Source: Pseudomonadota bacterium (GTDB lineage Bacteria; Pseudomonadota; Gammaproteobacteria; Acidiferrobacterales; UBA6901). From it: a stretch of DNA of 64,000 nucleotides. Positions 58,786-64,000 of this stretch are shown here, in pieces (the first letter of the stretch is position 1; every line of letters starts with the position of its first letter). The translations under genes were made by a program, and so were the position numbers. The notes beneath the pieces are model-generated. The model did not search any database. It was not told where the DNA came from and was given only the letters and a program-made list of their open reading frames with translations. The stretch covers positions 121 through 64,120 of the forward strand of contig DAHXOO010000008.1 in NCBI GenBank assembly GCA_027364845.1, read 5' to 3'.

Positions 58786-59997
58786 ATGGTATCCCTTGGT
58801 TCCATAAGGCACACCGCGACAGCGCGGAGCTTTGCGGTTTTCGACACGCCGATTGGGCAATGCAGCATCGTCTGGAGCAAGCATGGAATCGTCGGCATAC
58901 AGTTTCCGGAGGCCCGAGAGCATGAGACGCGGGCGCACCTGCTTCGGCAATTCCCGGGCGCAACCGAAGTCTCGCCTCCGCCCGAGGCGCAACGGACAAT
59001 TGACGGTATCGTCGCACTGCTGCGCGGCGAGGAAAGCAATCTCGCCGCCACCCGGCTCGACATGGACAACGTGCCGCCATTTTACCGTCGAGTCTACGAG
59101 GCCACGCGTACAATTCCTCCGGGTGCAACACGCTCGTATGGCGACATCGCTGCACAGCTTGGCTCGCGCGGCGCCGCGCGAGCCGTGGGACAAGCACTCG
59201 GGCATAATCCGTTTGCGATCGTCGTGCCGTGCCATCGTGTACTTTCCGCTGGCGGCAGGATCGGCGGTTTCTCCGCGAACGGCGGCATTGCAACAAAGCT
59301 CCAACTCCTCACGATCGAGGCGACACGAGCAAGCGGACAATCCGGTCTCTTTGACGGCGACGGCACTTTTGGCTTCGATCCAGACGTGGCGACCAGACAT
59401 CTGCGCCGCACCGATCCGACACTCGCACGCGTTATCGATGCCGTCGGTCCTTTTCGCATGCAGATCAAGAGATCAACGAGCGTCTTCGCTGCGCTTGCGG
59501 AGGCAATTGTTCACCAGCAGCTCTCCGGCAAGGCTGCGGTAACCATCTTTGCTCGTTTGTGCGCACTATTCCCGCGTACATATGAAGGCCTTACGAGCGA
59601 GCATATCCTGAGCGCCTCCGACGAGAAGCTGCGCTCCGCCGGCCTTTCGCGCCCGAAGCTCCTCTCGCTCCGTGACCTTGCGCAACGGGCTGCTGCAGGC
59701 AAGATTCCCAATCTCGTAGAGATTCATCGCATGGCAGATGATGCGATCATCGAAAACCTCAGCGAAGTTCGTGGGATCGGACGTTGGACGGCGGAGATGC
59801 TGCTCATTTTCCGCCTCGGGCGCCCGGACGTGCTGCCGCTGGACGACTATGGCATCCGCAAAGGCTATGCGATCGCCTTCAGGAAACGCACGCTGCCGAA
59901 CCGCGCGGACCTCGAAAGACGCGGCATACGATGGAAGCCCTACCGCACAGTTGCGAGCTGGTATTTGTGGCATGCGGTCGAGCTGGCGAGAAAATAG
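58786..59997 (+). CDS. fusion of methylated-DNA-protein-cysteine methyltransferase (Ogt) and DNA-3-methyladenine glycosylase II (AlkA-type HhH-GPD)
   Basis: VVPCHRV active site in the N-terminal half. HhH-GPD motif (VRGIGRWTAEMLLIF...LPLDDYGIRKG) in the C-terminal half. The ORF is open from the GTG at 58576; the ATG at 58786 fits MGMT N-terminal homology better. Confidence 0.8.
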   Translation: MVSLGSIRHTATARSFAVFDTPIGQCSIVWSKHGIVGIQFPEAREHETRAHLLRQFPGATEVSPPPEAQRTIDGIVALLRGEESNLAATRLDMDNVPPFYRRVYEATRTIPPGATRSYGDIAAQLGSRGAARAVGQALGHNPFAIVVPCHRVLSAGGRIGGFSANGGIATKLQLLTIEATRASGQSGLFDGDGTFGFDPDVATRHLRRTDPTLARVIDAVGPFRMQIKRSTSVFAALAEAIVHQQLSGKAAVTIFARLCALFPRTYEGLTSEHILSASDEKLRSAGLSRPKLLSLRDLAQRAAAGKIPNLVEIHRMADDAIIENLSEVRGIGRWTAEMLLIFRLGRPDVLPLDDYGIRKGYAIAFRKRTLPNRADLERRGIRWKPYRTVASWYLWHAVELARK

Positions 59998-60601
59998 CTG
60001 TAATGGATTGCGGATCGCCTCCGGGATCGGTGTCGATTTCGAAATCCAACGTCCCACACACGCTGGCCTAACTTGCGCCCCGGTTGCACATTCCTCCGAT
60101 AAACGTCGGACATTGTGAAATGTATGCAGGAATCTGAAAGCGTGACTCAAACCGGCCGCCTGACCCCTACCCTAGCCAGAAAAATGAACAAAAGCAGCTG
60201 GCACTCAATTCCGACATAGCAAGATCCGGGTTGAATGATACCAGCCCAGCCCCCCACAATGTGCGCAACTGGCAATAGGCCCCGGAGCGCGTTTCATGCA
60301 CAAAGCCATCGTTCCCTCCATGACCCGATGCAACGTCGCGTCCCTGTACCAATCGAGATGCGCATTCAACATGTACAGGCGGAAGGGCCGATATGGCTCG
60401 CTGGGGAATGCAACCGGATTGATCCTGGAAGGTGGCGACCAGTCATCATGGGTTTTCAGGAACTATATGGGCTCTGGCCGCGGCTACATGAGTCCACATT
60501 GGCCCGAGTTCCAGAATCCATGTACCGAAGCCTGGATATAGACCGCACGCGTGTTGCGACGGGAGACTGGTTTGCTATGGAAAACGTCTGAGGATGCCCA
60601 A

Positions 60602-61441
60602 ATGTCAGACTACGACCGCATAGCCAAGGCGATTGCTTTCATCGTCAGCCGTACGGACGGTCGGCCGACTTTGAATGAAATCGCGGCACATGTGCATCTC
60701 AGCCCCTTTCATTTTCAACGCGTATTCTGCCGCTGGGCAGGCGTGACTCCCAATAGATTCCTGCAGGTTCTTACGTTGGAGCGCGCCAAGCAGATGCTCC
60801 GGGAACCTAAGCCATTGCTCGAGGTTTCCGATGCCCTGGGGCTGAGCAGTGCCTCACGTCTGCATGACCACTTCGTTCAACTGGAAGCCGTTACGCCGGG
60901 TGAATTCAAAGCGGGAGGGGCGGGATTGTCCATTGAGTATTCCGTGCATGACACTCCCTTTGGCGGGACATTTATTGCCCTCACTTCCAGAGGCGTTTGC
61001 AGTTTTTCCTTCCTGGAGAACGCGGAAATCGACGAGCATTTGGCTGCGCTATCCAGAACATGGCCACGGGCAGCGGTGCGGGAGAATCGTCAACGAACAC
61101 TAGCGGTTATTAGGATTATGTTTGGCGGCAAAGAGAAGCCGGATCGTCCGCTGTCCTTACATGTCTCTGGCACGAACTTTCAGGTCAACGTCTGGAAGGC
61201 GTTGTTGCAGATCCCTCCGGGAACGGTCGCGAGCTATTCTCAGGTGGCAACGGCGATAGGCCGCCCTAATGCCGCAAGAGCGGTCGGTCTCGCCGTAGGC
61301 GCAAACCCCGTCGCGTTCCTTATTCCTTGCCACCGTGTTATCCAACAGAGCGGTAACCTCGGGGGATATCGCTGGGGTGAGCTGCGGAAACATGCAATCA
61401 ACTCGTGGGAGGCAGCAAGACATTGGTCACTCGATCCCTAG
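60602..61441 (+). CDS. ada: AraC-type HTH fused to O6-alkylguanine-DNA alkyltransferase (Ada-like, lacking the N-terminal Zn domain)
   Basis: AraC HTH (LNEIAAHVHLSPFHFQRVF...RLHDHF) followed by an MGMT domain with IPCHRV. Confidence 0.8.
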   Translation: MSDYDRIAKAIAFIVSRTDGRPTLNEIAAHVHLSPFHFQRVFCRWAGVTPNRFLQVLTLERAKQMLREPKPLLEVSDALGLSSASRLHDHFVQLEAVTPGEFKAGGAGLSIEYSVHDTPFGGTFIALTSRGVCSFSFLENAEIDEHLAALSRTWPRAAVRENRQRTLAVIRIMFGGKEKPDRPLSLHVSGTNFQVNVWKALLQIPPGTVASYSQVATAIGRPNAARAVGLAVGANPVAFLIPCHRVIQQSGNLGGYRWGELRKHAINSWEAARHWSLDP

Positions 61442-61804
61442 CGTCTAGTTCCTGTCATTCCAGACCGCCAAGAGAATTGAATGACCGCTACCGCTCGTCA
61501 AACCAGAAATCCCGTTCTGCCATCTGCCCGGACTCCGGCTTTGTGGGCCGCCCTTACCGTATGACCGCCAGGCGGCTATGCCATGCCCGGGAATTCAAAC
61601 GGGCATTCACCTGCCGCGCAAGCAATGCTGAACTATTTTGTCCTTGGCGTCGGCGACTAAACGGCTACGCATACGGTAAGGTCACGCAGGAAGTGACGCC
61701 GGATTGCCCGAGGCTTGTCCAGCCAGTGAGTCATTAGGCTGCCATCACGCCCGAAAGGCGATCGGCAAGGTTGCTGGCTAGTAACACAACTGGGCAAGCG
61801 CTGG

Positions 61805-62770
61805 TCAGACGGACGACCTGGCGCGTCTTGTCCCAGCGACGAGTACCAATAGACCTGAACCTAATAACCAGAATGCGTCAGGAAGGGGAACGGTGGTGTT
61901 GTAACCCAGCACGTTCATTTCCGCGACGTCGCCGCTTGAGATGGGATAAACCTTACCGGAGCTGAAAAAAGCGTTGTACGCGTCGAGTGTCGATCCCGAC
62001 CAATCACCATAATCACCACTGGAATTGGAATTGAACGTATTGACCCTGGTCTTGCCGCCGTTCGTTGAGAAGATCGTTCCATTAGTGGGGTCGAAGGTCC
62101 CATTTGAATCGTACCGGAACAGATCCAGAGGGGCAAAACATGGAGAAGTGCCGATAATCGAAGAACATGCCGACGAGTCGCGAAAGCTGATGCGGCCCAT
62201 CACCTCGCTGATTTCGTGCTCCGCCACTCCGACAAAATAATACTGGCTGGATAAGGGGGTCCCGCCCGGATTGAAGTCCCAGGAGTAGCTGCTGCCGAAC
62301 CCGACGGCCCCGCCGGAGACAGGGCTATTGCATCCGCCCTTCGTATTCTGGGGTCCACATTCCATGGCCTTAACTTCGGCAGAAGGAATAAGAATGTTGT
62401 CGGCTGACGGATTATTGGTCGGGCTGGAGGTGTAGTAAGAAGACAAACCCGGATTGCCGCTCATCAGGCTTATCATCCCGTTGAACGAAGTAGGGTATAG
62501 ACTTGCTATCTTGCTTTCGCCCAGCGCATTCGACGACAGACCTGATCCACCGACCTCGCCCCAACCTACGTTCAGATCAATCGTAATCGGATTGGCGAAA
62601 GTGCTGTCATAATAATTAACGGCATCCTGGAACGCCGTCTTGAACCCGGCCGGAGCGCTATTGACGCTCGAGTCGTAGGTCACATTGAAACTCAGGGCCT
62701 GGGCCGATCCGGACGCTGCCAAACCGATAAGCAGTAAGGCACGCGCGACTCTCTCGTGCAGCGTAGACAT
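61805..62770 (-). CDS. secreted HExxH metalloprotease-like protein with a PEP-CTERM sorting signal
   Basis: Signal peptide. AEHEISEVMG (HExxH). C-terminal VPLPDAFWLLGSGLLVLVAGTRRAR is a PEP-CTERM anchor. Resembles the family PGAP labels NF038122 metalloprotease (from memory). Confidence 0.75.
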   Translation of the reverse strand: MSTLHERVARALLLIGLAASGSAQALSFNVTYDSSVNSAPAGFKTAFQDAVNYYDSTFANPITIDLNVGWGEVGGSGLSSNALGESKIASLYPTSFNGMISLMSGNPGLSSYYTSSPTNNPSADNILIPSAEVKAMECGPQNTKGGCNSPVSGGAVGFGSSYSWDFNPGGTPLSSQYYFVGVAEHEISEVMGRISFRDSSACSSIIGTSPCFAPLDLFRYDSNGTFDPTNGTIFSTNGGKTRVNTFNSNSSGDYGDWSGSTLDAYNAFFSSGKVYPISSGDVAEMNVLGYNTTVPLPDAFWLLGSGLLVLVAGTRRARSSV

Positions 62771-63262
62771 GATTCCTCCCCTTCGTGGGACGCATGGAGC
62801 GCCCTGATCAGCGTACCGAAGCCGCCGAATATTATATTTAAACCAATTGCGTGTGGAATTATGCTATACACCGAGTTCCGGCACAAGATTGACTGACATA
62901 GGCGCGTCCGACGGGATCGAAAGTCCTTTTCCTGGGTGCCGGGAAATATCTGTCCGGGATTCCCAGAAATACCGTGGGAACCGCAGACTCTGTTACAAGC
63001 AGCGCCGGGCAAGACTTCCGGGAGATCCGCGACTTGGAACAAAAGCCGCCCCCCCAGGACATGCACTTAGGCATCGCGAAGGAGCCGCAAGGCATGGCCC
63101 TCTCCAGCCGTGCTTCAGCGCTATCCGGTGCGTGCGTTTTCGAGGCCGGCCCAGGTCTTGGCGTCGGCGCCGAACCGCTTAACAGCGCCGCGTCGCCGAC
63201 GCCTGGTAACGGGTAATGCGATATTCTCAAGGAAGCACCAATCTAGTACATTGGTCGTCATT

Positions 63263-64000
63263 ATGATTGTGTTACCGGAACTTGTCGCGCATCGCGGCTA
63301 TGCTCTGCACTATCCCGAGAACACCCTCGTCGCCATCGAGGCGGCGATCCGGGCCGGCGCCCACTATGTTGAAGTCGACATCCAGCTTACCTCCGACAGG
63401 CAGCCCGTGCTATTCCACGACCGCGATTTGGAGCGCATGTGCGGCGTCGCTGGGAGGGTGCATGAATTCTCGCTCGGGCGCCTGCGCGGTCTTCGCGCTT
63501 CCGAGTTTGGGCGTTTCGGTTACCAGTACGTGCATGTTCCAATCGCGACGCTTGCGGAATTCGTCGCCTTGCTGCAGCGCGAACCCCAGGTGACGGCGTT
63601 CATCGAAATTAAACGCATTGCGATCGAACGCTTTGGTGCAATCTCCGTGCTGGAACGGGTGCTGCCAGCGATTGAACTCGTCAAGAGCCAATGCGTGCTT
63701 ATTTCCTTCTCACAGGAATGCCTCTTGGCTGCACACCGCGGAGGCTGGCAGGACGTGGGCGTTATCTTAGAGCAGTGGGACGACCACAAGCGTGGCGCGG
63801 TCCCGGAGATCCGTCCGGACTACTTGTTCTGCGATGCAGTCAGCCTTCCGCGGTGGGGCAGGCTGCATACAGCGCCGGCCAAACTGGCAGTCTATGAAAT
63901 CACCGATCCAAATGAGGCGGTGGCGCTGGCCGGGCGGGGAGTAGGGCTGATCGAAACCTTTGCGATTGGCGAAATGCTATCAGCATTCGAGCTGATGCGT
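63263..64000 (+). CDS. glycerophosphodiester phosphodiesterase family protein, 3' end cut by window edge
   Basis: Hand translation from the ATG at 63263 stays open to the window end (246 codons): MIVLPELVAHRGYALHYPENTLVAIEAAIRAGAHYVEVDIQLTSDRQPVLFHD is the GDPD signature. It is absent from the ORF track because there is no stop in the window. Confidence 0.85.
   Translation, partial: MIVLPELVAHRGYALHYPENTLVAIEAAIRAGAHYVEVDIQLTSDRQPVLFHDRDLERMCGVAGRVHEFSLGRLRGLRASEFGRFGYQYVHVPIATLAEFVALLQREPQVTAFIEIKRIAIERFGAISVLERVLPAIELVKSQCVLISFSQECLLAAHRGGWQDVGVILEQWDDHKRGAVPEIRPDYLFCDAVSLPRWGRLHTAPAKLAVYEITDPNEAVALAGRGVGLIETFAIGEMLSAFELMR

Overview
This 64-kb window is mostly core chromosome of a moderately GC-rich proteobacterium. 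The gene order looks gammaproteobacterial and Pseudomonas-like: rsmA / plsC-gmhB-mazG-glyS-glyQ-mtgA, glnA-ntrB-ntrC, ubiI-ubiH-pepP, tamA-tamB, zapB-like-zapA-ssrS(6S RNA)-5FCL, ppiA, ilvA, rpiA, trxC, rof, pntAA-pntAB-pntB, trmB-thiG-thiS, tRNA-Gly(CCC), asmA, mutY-yggX, tRNA-Phe(GAA). Many listed ORF starts were moved to internal starts supported by N-terminal homology, ribosome-binding sites or stop/start overlaps. One real gene, a glycerophosphodiester phosphodiesterase at 63263-64000, is missing from the ORF track because it runs off the window edge. Mobile DNA comprises one intact IS1634-family element (20557-22585, 24-bp inverted repeats, CTAG at both junctions) and three decayed IS3-family fragments. 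Two of those lie head-to-head against the tamA start and one lies just downstream of tRNA-Phe. I found no CRISPR array, no rRNA, and no recognisable defence, toxin-antitoxin or prophage module. The candidates worth a second look are all small and poorly characterised: (1) a ZraPSR-like arrangement in which a sensor kinase and sigma-54 activator pair sits divergent from a textbook UAS-IHF-sigma-54 promoter driving a 74-aa secreted His/Lys/Arg-repeat peptide; (2) a translationally coupled ThiI-like PP-loop ATPase, TusA and CDF transporter operon preceded by a structured leader; (3) a PA2779/PA2778-type membrane protein plus C39-like peptidase-TPR lipoprotein pair; (4) an orphan radical SAM protein ending in a CCAEP tail; (5) a positional GmhB ortholog in which three of the four HAD catalytic motifs are mutated; (6) a protein with a histone H1-like tail divergent from a double cNMP-binding rhodanese. 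All functional assignments rest on motif and synteny recognition by eye. No database search was run.
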